From an uncultured Acidobacteriota bacterium (GTDB taxonomy: Bacteria > Acidobacteriota > Thermoanaerobaculia > Multivoradales > UBA5704): 64,000 bases of DNA. The stretch spans positions 1,856,590 to 1,920,589 of the forward strand of contig CAVVXL010000001.1 in NCBI GenBank assembly GCA_963752235.1, given 5' to 3'. The notes beneath the pieces were generated by a model. It had not been told where the DNA came from, ran no database searches, and saw only the letters and a program-made list of their open reading frames with translations. Below are positions 43,825-53,248 of this stretch, in pieces (within the stretch, counting starts at the first letter, position 1; every line of letters begins with the position of its first letter). Made by a program: the position numbers and the translations under genes.

Positions 43825-44754
43825 ATGAAGATCTTTGTCACTGGAGCGACGGGGTATATCGGCCGCGTGGTCACGGAGCGGGCGCTCGCCGCGGGTCATA
43901 CCGTTCACGGATTGTCGCGGAGCGACGAAGGCGACGCAAGGTTGCAGGCGCTGGGCGCGACGGTGGTGCGCGGCGAGCTGGCCGGCCTGGAGGTGCTGCG
44001 GGAAGAGAGCGCCCAGGCGGACGCCGTGTTGCACCTCGGATTCATCCACGATTTCACCATGGACTACGAGGAGGTGCTGCGCGTCGACGCCGCGGCGGTC
44101 GATGCCCTGGCCGAGCCGTTGCGCGGCACCGGCAAGCCGCTGGTGATCACCTCCGGCACGGCCGTGGTCGAGCCCGATCCGGCGGGAGGCGAGACCAGGG
44201 AGGATTCGCCGCTGGCGCAGAGCTTCGTGTTGAGGCACCGCATCCGGTCCGAGCGTCATGCCTTGGACTGGAGCGAGCGCGGCGTCCGGGTGAGCGCCAT
44301 CCGCCTGCCGCCCTATGTCTACGGGCGCGGCGGCAGCTATTTCCTCCCCCTCCTGATGCGGAACGCCGCCGAGGCCGGCGAGTCCGTCTACGTCGGGGAC
44401 GGCAGCCTGCGCACGGTGGGGGTGCACGTGGACGACGCGGCGGAGCTCTACCTCCTCGCCACGGACCGGGCGAAAGCCGGGGAGGTCTTCAACGGCAGCG
44501 GGGAGATCGTCACCCTGCGGCAGATGGCCGAGGCAATCGGAGAGACGCTCCAGGTTCCCGTGCGCTCCGTCGGCCGCGACGAGGCGGCGGCGGTCTGGGG
44601 GGACTTCCTGGCGGCGTTCGTGCTGTTCGAGAACCAGCCTTCGAACCGCAAGGCGATCGAGCAGCTCGGCTGGCAGCCGACAGGGGTCGACATGCTCACC
44701 GACGTCGTGTCCGGGTCCTATCGCGAGCTGGCGGAGAAGCTCCGGCAAGGCTGA
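43825..44754 (+). CDS. NAD(P)-dependent oxidoreductase (atypical SDR / NmrA-like epimerase fold)
   Basis: MKIFVTGATGYIGRVVTE is a Rossmann GxxGxxG. GGAAGGAGAG RBS. Divergent from the AraC gene. Confidence 0.75.
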   Translation: MKIFVTGATGYIGRVVTERALAAGHTVHGLSRSDEGDARLQALGATVVRGELAGLEVLREESAQADAVLHLGFIHDFTMDYEEVLRVDAAAVDALAEPLRGTGKPLVITSGTAVVEPDPAGGETREDSPLAQSFVLRHRIRSERHALDWSERGVRVSAIRLPPYVYGRGGSYFLPLLMRNAAEAGESVYVGDGSLRTVGVHVDDAAELYLLATDRAKAGEVFNGSGEIVTLRQMAEAIGETLQVPVRSVGRDEAAAVWGDFLAAFVLFENQPSNRKAIEQLGWQPTGVDMLTDVVSGSYRELAEKLRQG

Positions 44755-44765
44755 CGCCGAAGTCC

Positions 44766-46058
44766 TCAGAATCCCATCCGGAACTCCGCCCCGCCTCCCT
44801 CGGCAGGCCCCAGGCTGAACGCGAAGCCGTGGGCGGAGAGGATCTCCTGCACCAGGGTCAGGCCGAGGCCGCGGCCGTTCCGCTTGGTCGAGAAGAAGGG
44901 GGTGAAGAGGAGGGCGCGGACGTCGTCCGGAATCCCCGTCCCGGAGTCGCGGAGAGTGAGCGCGGCGCGGTCGAGGCGGAGGGCGATCGTGCCGTCCTCG
45001 CCGATCGACTCCATGGCGTTCTTGAGGACGTTCATCAGCACCTGCTCGATCTGATTGCGGTCGAGGGAGAGGGCCGGCATATCCGCCACCGCCTCCCACT
45101 CGACCCGGATGCGCCGCCGGTCGAGCTCCGGGCGCAGCAGGATCAGGATCTCGTCGACCAGGCGCGCGAGGTCGGTCGGGCGGCGCTCCGGGGGCGGCAG
45201 GCGGACGACGTCGGCGAAGCCGTTCATGAACGCCTGCAGGTTTTCGAGGCGGGTGATGGCGACCGCGATCCCTTGCAGGTAGTCCTCGCGGTCCTCGGTC
45301 CTCAGATCGGGGGCGTAGCCGCGGAAGGAGTCGAGGAGCGAGCCGACCGCCCCCACCGAGTTGTTGATCTCGTGGGACATCATGCGGATCAGCTTGCCGT
45401 AGGCCGCCTTCTCCGAGGCCCGCAGCTCCTCCGTCAGCTCCTCGAGGAGCAGGAAGCCGCGCGGAAAGCCACGGTCGAAGAGCTCCGCCCGGGTCGCCTT
45501 GAGCCGCCGCCCGCCGGGGAGCGCGAGGACCTCGGAGCCTCCCTTGGGGACCGCTTGCAGAGCGACCCCAAGCGGCTCGGGAAGCGCCCCGATCTCCAGG
45601 CCGAGCACCGCCGGGCCCGAGACCTGGAGCAGCGCCTCGGCCGCCGGATTGAGCGAGGAGATCCGGCCGTCGAAATCGAGCGTCGCGATCCCCGCCGGCG
45701 AGGCGGCGAGGATCTTCTCGAGGAAGAAATGCTGCTCCTGGAGCTTCAGGCGCTCCTCGCGGAGACGGTCGATCATCCGGTTGTAGATCCGGATCAGGGC
45801 GTCCATCTCCGGCTGCCCCACCTCGCGGAACTGCGAGGTGAAGTCGCGCTCGCCGATCAGCTCGGCGCCGGTGCGGATGAGGTCGAGCGGCACGAAGAAG
45901 GTGCGCACCAGCGCCACGCCGAAGCCGATCGAGAGCACGAACAGCCCTTCGACCGCGAGCAGCCAGACGCGGTCCTCGCGCAGCACGACGAACGAGATCC
46001 CCGCGAGCACCGCGTGGATCAGCACCAGATAGACGATGATCTTGGCCCGCAGCGTCAT
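44766..46058 (-). CDS. sensor histidine kinase (NtrB-like; TM + PAS + HisKA + HATPase_c)
   Basis: Two N-terminal TM helices. MSHEINNSVGAV is an H-box. GTGIPDDV...FFSTKRNGRGLGLTLVQ are G1/G2 boxes. Confidence 0.8.
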   Translation of the reverse strand: MTLRAKIIVYLVLIHAVLAGISFVVLREDRVWLLAVEGLFVLSIGFGVALVRTFFVPLDLIRTGAELIGERDFTSQFREVGQPEMDALIRIYNRMIDRLREERLKLQEQHFFLEKILAASPAGIATLDFDGRISSLNPAAEALLQVSGPAVLGLEIGALPEPLGVALQAVPKGGSEVLALPGGRRLKATRAELFDRGFPRGFLLLEELTEELRASEKAAYGKLIRMMSHEINNSVGAVGSLLDSFRGYAPDLRTEDREDYLQGIAVAITRLENLQAFMNGFADVVRLPPPERRPTDLARLVDEILILLRPELDRRRIRVEWEAVADMPALSLDRNQIEQVLMNVLKNAMESIGEDGTIALRLDRAALTLRDSGTGIPDDVRALLFTPFFSTKRNGRGLGLTLVQEILSAHGFAFSLGPAEGGGAEFRMGF

Positions 46059-46080
46059 GGCGGGAGATACCGCGAAGCGA

Positions 46081-47478
46081 TCAATGCGATTCGAGCCCGT
46101 ACTTTTCGAAGCGCCGGTAGAGAGCCGCCCGCGAGAGCCCCAGCGCCTCGGCCACCCGCGTCACGTTCCCTTCATAATGACGCAGGCATTTGACGATCAT
46201 CGCCTTTTCCATCTCGTCGAGGGTCATCGTGCCGGGGCTGGGCAGCGGGGTGCCCGCGCCGCGCGGCCCGTCCCGTTCGTCGAGCCCTGACAGGGCCACC
46301 AGGTCCGCGGCGTCGAGGCGGTCGCCGTCGACCACCAGCACGGCGCGCTCGAGGGTCTGCTTGAGCTGGCGGATGTTCCCCGGCCAGGGCTGGTCCTGGA
46401 GCCAGCCGAGGGCGCGGTCGGTGAGCGCGATCGGCGAGCGGCGGTAGGTGCGGGCCGAGAGGTCGAGGAAGTGGCGGGCGAGGAGCGGCACGTCGCCGCG
46501 CCGCTCGCGCAGCGCCGGCAGGCGCAGGGCGATCAGGTTCAGCCGGTAGAGGAGATCCTCGCGGAACTGCCCCTGCGCCACCATCTCCCCGAGGTCGCGG
46601 TTGGTGGCCGCGACCACCCGCACGTCGACGGTGCGGGGGGTGCTCGAGCCCAGCACCTCGTAGGAGCGGTCCTGGAGCACGCGCAGCAGCTTCACCTGCG
46701 AGGAGGGGTCCACCTCGCCGATCTCGTCGAGGAAGATCGAGCCGCGGTCGGCCAGCTCGAAACGCCCCTTGCGGTCCGCCCGCGCGTCGGTGAAGGCGCC
46801 TTTGACGTGACCGAACATCTCGCTTTCGAACAGCGTCGACGAGATGCCGCCCAGATTCACCTTGACGAACGGCCCCTCACGCCGCCGGCTGTTGCGGTGG
46901 ATCGCCTCGGCCGCCAGCTCCTTGCCGGTGCCGCTCTCCCCCGTGATCAGCACCGAGGCGTCGGTCGGCGCCACGCGGCCGATCAGCTCGAGGAGCTTGA
47001 GGAAACGCGGCTCGGCGCCGATCATGCCGCGGAAATCGAACCGCCGGTCGAGCTCCTCGCGGTTCGCCGGAGCGCCTTTCCCTTCGGCACCGTCGCCGGC
47101 GTCCCCCTGCCGCGCGAGGGACAGCGCGGTCTCGACCGTCTGCAGGAGCTGCGCGTTCGACCACGGCTTGGTGACGAAGTCCGCGGCTCCCGCCTTCATC
47201 CCCTCGACCGCCAGGGCGATCGATCCCCAGGCGGTGATCAGGATCACCGGCAGCCGCGGGCGCAGCCGGCGCGTCTCGGCGAGGAGCGCGAGCCCCTCCT
47301 CCCCCGTGGTGACGCGGGAGAAGTTCATGTCCTGGAGCACCAGGTCGACGTCCTGCTCGCGCAGCACCGCCAGCGCCTCCTCCCGCGAGCGGGCCGCCCG
47401 CGTGGGATGGCCGTGCCGTTTGAGCAGGAGGCTCAAGGAAGCCGTGACGGACGGGTCGTCGTCGACGATCAGGATCAT
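46081..47478 (-). CDS. sigma-54-dependent response regulator (NtrC family: REC + AAA + Fis-HTH)
   Basis: MILIVDDDPSV...D...K receiver. GESGTGKELAAEAIH is a Walker A. GAFTDA-type region and ESELFGH are sigma-54 interaction signatures. C-terminal HTH. Confidence 0.9.
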   Translation of the reverse strand: MILIVDDDPSVTASLSLLLKRHGHPTRAARSREEALAVLREQDVDLVLQDMNFSRVTTGEEGLALLAETRRLRPRLPVILITAWGSIALAVEGMKAGAADFVTKPWSNAQLLQTVETALSLARQGDAGDGAEGKGAPANREELDRRFDFRGMIGAEPRFLKLLELIGRVAPTDASVLITGESGTGKELAAEAIHRNSRRREGPFVKVNLGGISSTLFESEMFGHVKGAFTDARADRKGRFELADRGSIFLDEIGEVDPSSQVKLLRVLQDRSYEVLGSSTPRTVDVRVVAATNRDLGEMVAQGQFREDLLYRLNLIALRLPALRERRGDVPLLARHFLDLSARTYRRSPIALTDRALGWLQDQPWPGNIRQLKQTLERAVLVVDGDRLDAADLVALSGLDERDGPRGAGTPLPSPGTMTLDEMEKAMIVKCLRHYEGNVTRVAEALGLSRAALYRRFEKYGLESH

Positions 47479-47505
47479 TGGGGGAATCGATTTCTCATTT
47501 TTCTA

Positions 47506-48708
47506 TCATTCGTAGCGCAAGGCCTCGGCCGGCTGCACCCGGGACGCCAGTGTGCTGGGGTAGAGGGCGCAGACGACGGAGATCAGATACATCGTGGCGA
47601 CCGCGAACGCCAGCCCCGCCGCGAAAACCTGGCGGGAAAGGACGCCGATCAGGTCGAGGACGGGAATCTGGATCACCAGCAGGACGCCGATCAGGACGCC
47701 CAGGCTGGTGACCACCAGCTGCTCGAGCAGCACCTGGCGGTGCACCGCCGAGCGCGAGGCGCCGGCGGCCCGCCGCAGACCGATCTCGCGGGTGCGCTGG
47801 AGGAGATTCTGCCACAGCACCCCGATCAGCCCGAGGCCGACCATCAGCAGGAGGAAGAAGGCGAGCGTGCCGGCGACGATCAGCGGGGTCAGGAAGAAGC
47901 GGAACGCCGTCTTGCGCACCTGCGCGAGCGGGCGCACCTCGAACGACCAGTCGGGGGCCACGGCCTGCATCCGGCGGACCAGCTCCTCCTCGAACGCCGG
48001 CGGCGTGCCGGGGCGGACGCGGACCACCAAGCTGCGCATCAGCTCGCCTTCCGGGTGGTCGACCGAGGAGAAACGGAAGAGGAAGTTGCCGTTGGGCATC
48101 AGCTCCCCCGTCTTGCGGAACTCCTTCACCACACCGACGACGCGGGACGGGCGCTCGCCGGGGTTGCTCTCGCGGAACGTCCGGCCGATCGGGTTTTCGG
48201 CTCCGAAGGCGGCGCGCGCCAGGTCGCGATCGATCACCACCGGCAGCCAGGCGAGTGTCGCGTCCGCCTCCTCGAACCAGCGGCCGGCCACCAGCTCGAG
48301 CCCCATCGCCTTGTCGAAGCCCACCGTCGCGCGGTCGGCCTCCGTCACCAACGTCCTCCCTCCGGTCTCGACGGAAGTCCCCCATCCCCCCTGGTCGAAG
48401 GGGACGACCCACGTCCCCGCCGCCGCCTCCACGGCAGGAAGCGCCCGCACCTCCTGGAGCAGCCGCGCGAAGGTGGCCTGCTGCGCGGGGGTCGCGGCAG
48501 GGAGGCTCGCCTCGCTCTGGCCGAGGCCGATGCGGACGTTCCAGACGGGCTTCCAGTCGTAGCCGAGCGGCACCCGGTAGTTGGCGAGGAAGAAGAGCCC
48601 GAGCGTCGCCACCCCGAAGACCACCAGGAAGGAAACGCAGGTCTCGAGGATCATCAGCGCGTTCGAGCGCTTGCGGTTCCAGACCAGCTTCAACAGATGA
48701 CGGATCAT
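47506..48708 (-). CDS. ABC transporter permease, FtsX/MacB-like
   Basis: N-terminal TM, large periplasmic domain, and C-terminal FtsX 3-TM bundle (LLMVGLGLIGVLWQNLLQRTREIGLRRAAGAS). Confidence 0.75.
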   Translation of the reverse strand: MIRHLLKLVWNRKRSNALMILETCVSFLVVFGVATLGLFFLANYRVPLGYDWKPVWNVRIGLGQSEASLPAATPAQQATFARLLQEVRALPAVEAAAGTWVVPFDQGGWGTSVETGGRTLVTEADRATVGFDKAMGLELVAGRWFEEADATLAWLPVVIDRDLARAAFGAENPIGRTFRESNPGERPSRVVGVVKEFRKTGELMPNGNFLFRFSSVDHPEGELMRSLVVRVRPGTPPAFEEELVRRMQAVAPDWSFEVRPLAQVRKTAFRFFLTPLIVAGTLAFFLLLMVGLGLIGVLWQNLLQRTREIGLRRAAGASRSAVHRQVLLEQLVVTSLGVLIGVLLVIQIPVLDLIGVLSRQVFAAGLAFAVATMYLISVVCALYPSTLASRVQPAEALRYE

Positions 48709-49961
48709 GCGGACCTCCCGCGTAGCGCCTGGACGGGGTGGAGCTTCGACATCCGCCAGGCCGGATAGACCCCCGAGAAGAGACCGAAGAAGGCGGCGAT
48801 GGCGAGACCCTCGAAGAAAATCCGGACATTGAGCCCGAGTTGCGTGTGGGCGATCAGACCGCTGACGTTGAACGCCCGCAGCACACCGGCCGCGAGCACC
48901 AGGCCGATCGCCGCGCCGATCAGCGTCAGCACCAGGTTCTCGATCAGGAACTGGCCGGAGAGGGTGCGCGAGGAGGCGCCGAAGGCCCGGCGGACGCCGA
49001 TCTCCGAGGCGCGGTCGAGGATGCGGCTGAGATTGATGTTCACCAGGTTGATGGTGGGGAGGAGCATGAAGCCGAGCATCAGGGCGAGCAGCGCCGCGCG
49101 CAGCCGCCTCCCCGGATTCGCCACCGGCGTGCCGGGCAGGAACATGCGGGCCGCCCCCTCGAACAGGTCGTCCGCGCCGGCGATCAGGATCTTGTAGCTC
49201 TTCGGATCGGGGAGGTGCTTCTCCGCCTCGCGCAGCGCGGCCTGGAATTCGGCCTTGACCTGCGGCACGTCGGCCGGGCGGCGGGCGAGGATCAGCGCGG
49301 TGAATTCGCCCATCCAGTCCTGCTGGTAGGCGGTGGTCTTGGCGGAGGTGATCGGCACCCAGAGGTCGGCCGTGGAGCTGTAGCGGAGGATCGGCACGTC
49401 GCGCACCACCCCCACCACGCGGAAATTCTGGCCGTCCGCCTCGAGCGTCTTGCCGAGGGCCGGCGCGGAGCCGAAGAAGCGCTCGCGGGTCGACTCGCTG
49501 ATCACCGCCACCCGGCGCCCGCCGGCGTCGTCGTCCGCCGTGAACGGGCCCCCCTCCACGAAGTCGAAGCCGAGGACCTTCCAGAAGTCGCTGTCCGCCC
49601 GCCGCAGCGACGACTCGATCTTGCGGCCGTTCCAGTACGAGACCGCCGTCCGCGCCTCGGTGACGAAGGAGATCCGCTCGACGCTCGGCAGCTTCGTCAT
49701 CGGCCGCACGTAGCGCTGGAGGAACGCATAGCCGGGCTCCGAGGACTGCTGATCGTCCGGACCCTGCATCGACAGCCGGTAGACGCCGAGCATGCGGTCG
49801 GCGTGGATCTCCGGCGTCCGCGCCGCGAAGACGTAATCGAGCAGCGCCGTCGCGACCAGCAGGACCAGCAGCGTGACGCTGATCCCGAACAGGCTGATGA
49901 AAGTGAAGAACTTCCGCCGCCCGAGGACCTTGAGCGCGACCTTCAGATAGTTTTTGAGCAT
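48705..49961 (-). CDS. ABC transporter permease, FtsX/MacB-like (second copy)
   Basis: Same architecture (RASEIGVRRAFGAS). The start overlaps the downstream permease by 4 nt. Confidence 0.75.
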   Translation of the reverse strand: MLKNYLKVALKVLGRRKFFTFISLFGISVTLLVLLVATALLDYVFAARTPEIHADRMLGVYRLSMQGPDDQQSSEPGYAFLQRYVRPMTKLPSVERISFVTEARTAVSYWNGRKIESSLRRADSDFWKVLGFDFVEGGPFTADDDAGGRRVAVISESTRERFFGSAPALGKTLEADGQNFRVVGVVRDVPILRYSSTADLWVPITSAKTTAYQQDWMGEFTALILARRPADVPQVKAEFQAALREAEKHLPDPKSYKILIAGADDLFEGAARMFLPGTPVANPGRRLRAALLALMLGFMLLPTINLVNINLSRILDRASEIGVRRAFGASSRTLSGQFLIENLVLTLIGAAIGLVLAAGVLRAFNVSGLIAHTQLGLNVRIFFEGLAIAAFFGLFSGVYPAWRMSKLHPVQALRGRSA

Positions 49962-49972
49962 CGCCGTCTCCC

Positions 49973-50638
<666 letters not shown>

Positions 50639-50664
50639 AAAGAAAGCCTCCTCGGCTGGATTTC

Positions 50665-51909
50665 TCATTTCAGGTTCACCCGTTCCAGGTGCGCGTAATC
50701 CTTCATGTCGGAGAGGATCACCTCCTCCCCTGGCGCGAGCCCGGAGAGGACCTCGAAGCGGTCGTACCCCGCCAGGCCCAGGCGCACCTGGCGGCGGACG
50801 GCGTGGTCTCCCGCCACCACGAAGACGGCCTCGGTCACGCCGCCTTGCGCGAACGGCCCCTTGGGGACCCGCACCGCGTCGCCCCGCGCCGCGGTCACCA
50901 CCAGCACGTCGACGCGGAGGGCGTTGCGCAGCTTGGGATGGCGCGGATTTTCGAGGTCGACCTTGAACCTGACAGCGCCGCTCTCGATCGTCGGATCGAT
51001 CGCCGTCAGGCGGCCGTCGAGCGTCTGGTCGTCGAGCTTCACCCGCACGGCCTGGCCGACGTGCAGGCTCGCCGAGTGGACGTCCGAGACGGCGGCGTCG
51101 ACGCGGAACGAATCGAGGTCCGCGATGCGCGCGATCACATCGCCGCGGCGGACCGTCGTCCCTTCCTGGAGCACCACCCAGGTGAGCACCCCGGCGCGGT
51201 CCGAGCGGGTGGTGGCGCGGTCGAGCAGGCGCGCCGCATCCTCGCGCTCCTTGCGCAGCGTGGCGAGGTCGAGCTCGACCCCTTGCAGCTGGGCGGCGGT
51301 CGAGCGCTCGGCGTTGCCGATCGAGGCCTGGAGCTGCGCCAGCTCGATCGCGGCCTTCTTCGCCTCGACCTCGGCCGCCTTGAACGTCTGTTCCGAGACC
51401 AGCCCGTCGGCGCGCAGCTTGCGGTTCTGCTCGGCGCGATAGCCGAGCGCCTCGACGTCGAGCTTCTGCGCCTCGATCTTGCCGCGCAGCTCGCCGAGGC
51501 TCTTGTCGAGCGTCAGCCGGAGCTGCTGCTCCTCGTTGGCCTTCCTGGCGAGCTGGTCCTCGATCTTGCCGAGGTCGAGCCGGGCGGACGAGGTGTCGAG
51601 CCGCAGGATCTCGTCCCCCGCGCGCACCAGGTCGCCCGGCCGCTTGAGCACCTTCTCCACCCGCGCCTCGACCGGGCTCGAGATCACCCCCTCGAACGCC
51701 GGCGCCACCGTCCCCGAAGCCTCCACGATCCCCTCGACCGGCCCGCGGTCCACCCGCCCCGTCCGCACCTCCGCGCGAGCCACCGCCGGCCGCAGCCACC
51801 CCGGCAACAGGATCAAAACCGCGATCGCGAGCCCCACGGCTCCCACGCCCACGATCGCCCGGCGTCCCAGGCGGCGATATCGATAGCTGCTCTCCAGCTC
51901 ACGGTCCAT
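50665..51909 (-). CDS. HlyD/MacA-family periplasmic adaptor subunit
   Basis: N-terminal TM anchor. Long coiled-coil (ELAQLQASIGNAE..., LQ..LDKSLGELRGKIEAQKL). Beta-barrel/lipoyl hallmark regions. Confidence 0.8.
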   Translation of the reverse strand: MDRELESSYRYRRLGRRAIVGVGAVGLAIAVLILLPGWLRPAVARAEVRTGRVDRGPVEGIVEASGTVAPAFEGVISSPVEARVEKVLKRPGDLVRAGDEILRLDTSSARLDLGKIEDQLARKANEEQQLRLTLDKSLGELRGKIEAQKLDVEALGYRAEQNRKLRADGLVSEQTFKAAEVEAKKAAIELAQLQASIGNAERSTAAQLQGVELDLATLRKEREDAARLLDRATTRSDRAGVLTWVVLQEGTTVRRGDVIARIADLDSFRVDAAVSDVHSASLHVGQAVRVKLDDQTLDGRLTAIDPTIESGAVRFKVDLENPRHPKLRNALRVDVLVVTAARGDAVRVPKGPFAQGGVTEAVFVVAGDHAVRRQVRLGLAGYDRFEVLSGLAPGEEVILSDMKDYAHLERVNLK

Positions 51910-51935
51910 GTTCGCTCGTCTCCTCCGTTCTGAGG

Positions 51936-51952
51936 GCGGAGAGTGCGAGCGG
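51936..51952 (-). promoter_or_regulatory. sigma-54 (-24/-12) promoter for the macA-like operon
   Basis: Minus strand CTGGCAC-ACCGC-TCGCA versus consensus TGGCAC-N5-TTGCA. The -12 GC lies about 30 nt upstream of the macA start at 51909. Confidence 0.5.
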
Positions 51953-52060
51953 TGTGCCAGTGGTAAGTCGTTGATTTATCTAGGATTGTCGCGGATGTGG
52001 AGACGCCGGGAGCGTTCGGGGATGGACGGGGGCGTCCGGAAACGGACGGTCGATCCGCTC

Positions 52061-52148
52061 CACGGCAACCGTCCCGTAGAGACGCTCCCAGCGCATAACG
52101 AGAACCTAGGTAGGCCACGGGGACGGCGGGACGTCTCTCGAAGGCAAC
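52061..52148. repeat. REP-like palindromic element, copy 1 (reverse orientation)
   Basis: CACGGCAACCGTCCCGTAGAGACGCTCCCAGCGCATAACGAGAACC..GGCCACGGGGACGGCGGGACGTCTCTCGAAGG; the internal dyad is AGAGACG..CGTCTCT. Confidence 0.6.
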
Positions 52149-52221
52149 GTCCTTCCATAGACCGCGACCGCAAGAAGGCCACCACCGCCTTCTTCAAGGA
52201 TGCCAAACCGGAAAGACCTAC

Positions 52222-52296
52222 CCTTCGAAGAGACGTCCCGCCGTCCCCGTGGCCTGCACAGGTTCTCGTTATGCGCTGGGAACGTCTCTACGGACA
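52222..52296. repeat. REP-like element, copy 2 (forward orientation)
   Basis: CTTCGAAGAGACGTCCCGCCGTCCCCGTGGCCTGCACAGGTTCTCGTTATGCGCTGGGAACGTCTCTACGG, the reverse complement of copy 1. Lies immediately 5' of the RAYT gene. Confidence 0.6.
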
Positions 52297-52335
52297 CGTT
52301 TTTGTGAATCAGGGGGTTCCGCATGGGGACGATTC

Positions 52336-52854
52336 GTGGAGAATTTCCGCGTGACCGACGATCTGTTGTTCCGGAAGCGATACCGGATTCCTTCGGCCCG
52401 TTACCCGGGGTGGGACTATCGATGGGCCGGTGCCTACAGCGTGACGATCTGCACCCGTGGGCGGGTGCGCTGCCTGGGGAGCGTCGAGGACGGAGAGGCG
52501 ATCCTCTCGCTGGCAGGAAAGATCGTCGCCGAGGAATGGTTGAAGATTCCAGGGAGCCATCCGCGCGCGACTCTGGACGCATGGGTCGTGATGCCGGACC
52601 ACATGCATGGGATCCTGATCTTCCAAGGCGACCCGGAGGACCGATCCCGGGATTCGAAATACCTGCAATCCCAATCCTTGGGCACCGTGGTTGGACGATT
52701 CAAAGCCGAGGCCACGAAACGGATCCGGGGGCCTCTGAGGCAATCCGATTTCGCTTGGCAGCCGAGATTCCACGACGTCGTCCTGAGAACACCCGCGGAC
52801 CTCGAACGCGTCCGGGCCTATATTCGCGACAATCCCAAGAACTGGGTTCCCTGA
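52336..52854 (+). mobile_element. REP-associated tyrosine transposase (RAYT, IS200/IS605-like HuH TnpA)
   Basis: LDAWVVMPDHMHGILIF is an HuH motif. WQPRFHDVVLR and YIRDNPKNW (catalytic Tyr) align with E. coli RAYT (INAWVVLPEHMHCIW / WQPRFWEH / YIYINP). Flanked by inverted REP copies. Start ambiguous (GTG 52336 or 52351). Confidence 0.75.
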
Positions 52855-52921
52855 GACTCCGGTAAAAAGACATCACAGGTCGGTGGCCTTCGCGATCGCC
52901 TTGCCAACCGGCAAGACCTGG

Positions 52922-52996
52922 CCTTCGAAGAGACGTCCCGCCGTCCCCGTGGCCTGCACAGGTTCTCGTTATGCGCTGGGAGCGTCTCTACGGGCA
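52922..52996. repeat. REP-like element, copy 3 (forward)
   Basis: Near-identical to copy 2. Followed at about 53000-53050 by a ~70%-identical remnant of the RAYT 5' end. Confidence 0.6.
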
Positions 52997-53063
52997 CGTC
53001 ATCGTCAACCCGCCGATTCCGCATGGAGAACGATCTTGTGGAAACACGCCGGCGCTCCGGCCC

Positions 53064-53152
53064 TCGGCAACCGTCCCGTAGAGACGCTCCCAGCCCGTCC
53101 ACGACACCGATCGCAGGCCACGGGGACGGCGGGACGTCTCTCGAAGGCAATA
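53064..53152. repeat. REP-like element, copy 4 (reverse; divergent central segment)
   Basis: CGGCAACCGTCCCGTAGAGACGCTCCCAG....GGCCACGGGGACGGCGGGACGTCTCTCGAAGG. Confidence 0.55.
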
Positions 53153-53248
53153 TCCTACCCTTCACCCCGCCCGTAAGAAGGTCACCGTCGCCCAGCGCAA
53201 CACCAAGGCACAAGGCCGCCGCCCTCGCCTGTGAAAGGATTCCCGACC

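Noticed and set aside
52323-52865. ORF MGTIRGEFPRDRRS... overlapping the RAYT gene in another frame, and small ORFs 51976..52206 / 52106..52582 / 52818..53213 over the REP copies
   Set aside because: The HuH and catalytic-Tyr motifs and homology to E. coli RAYT are in the 52249 frame only. The others are by-products of palindromic REP sequence.
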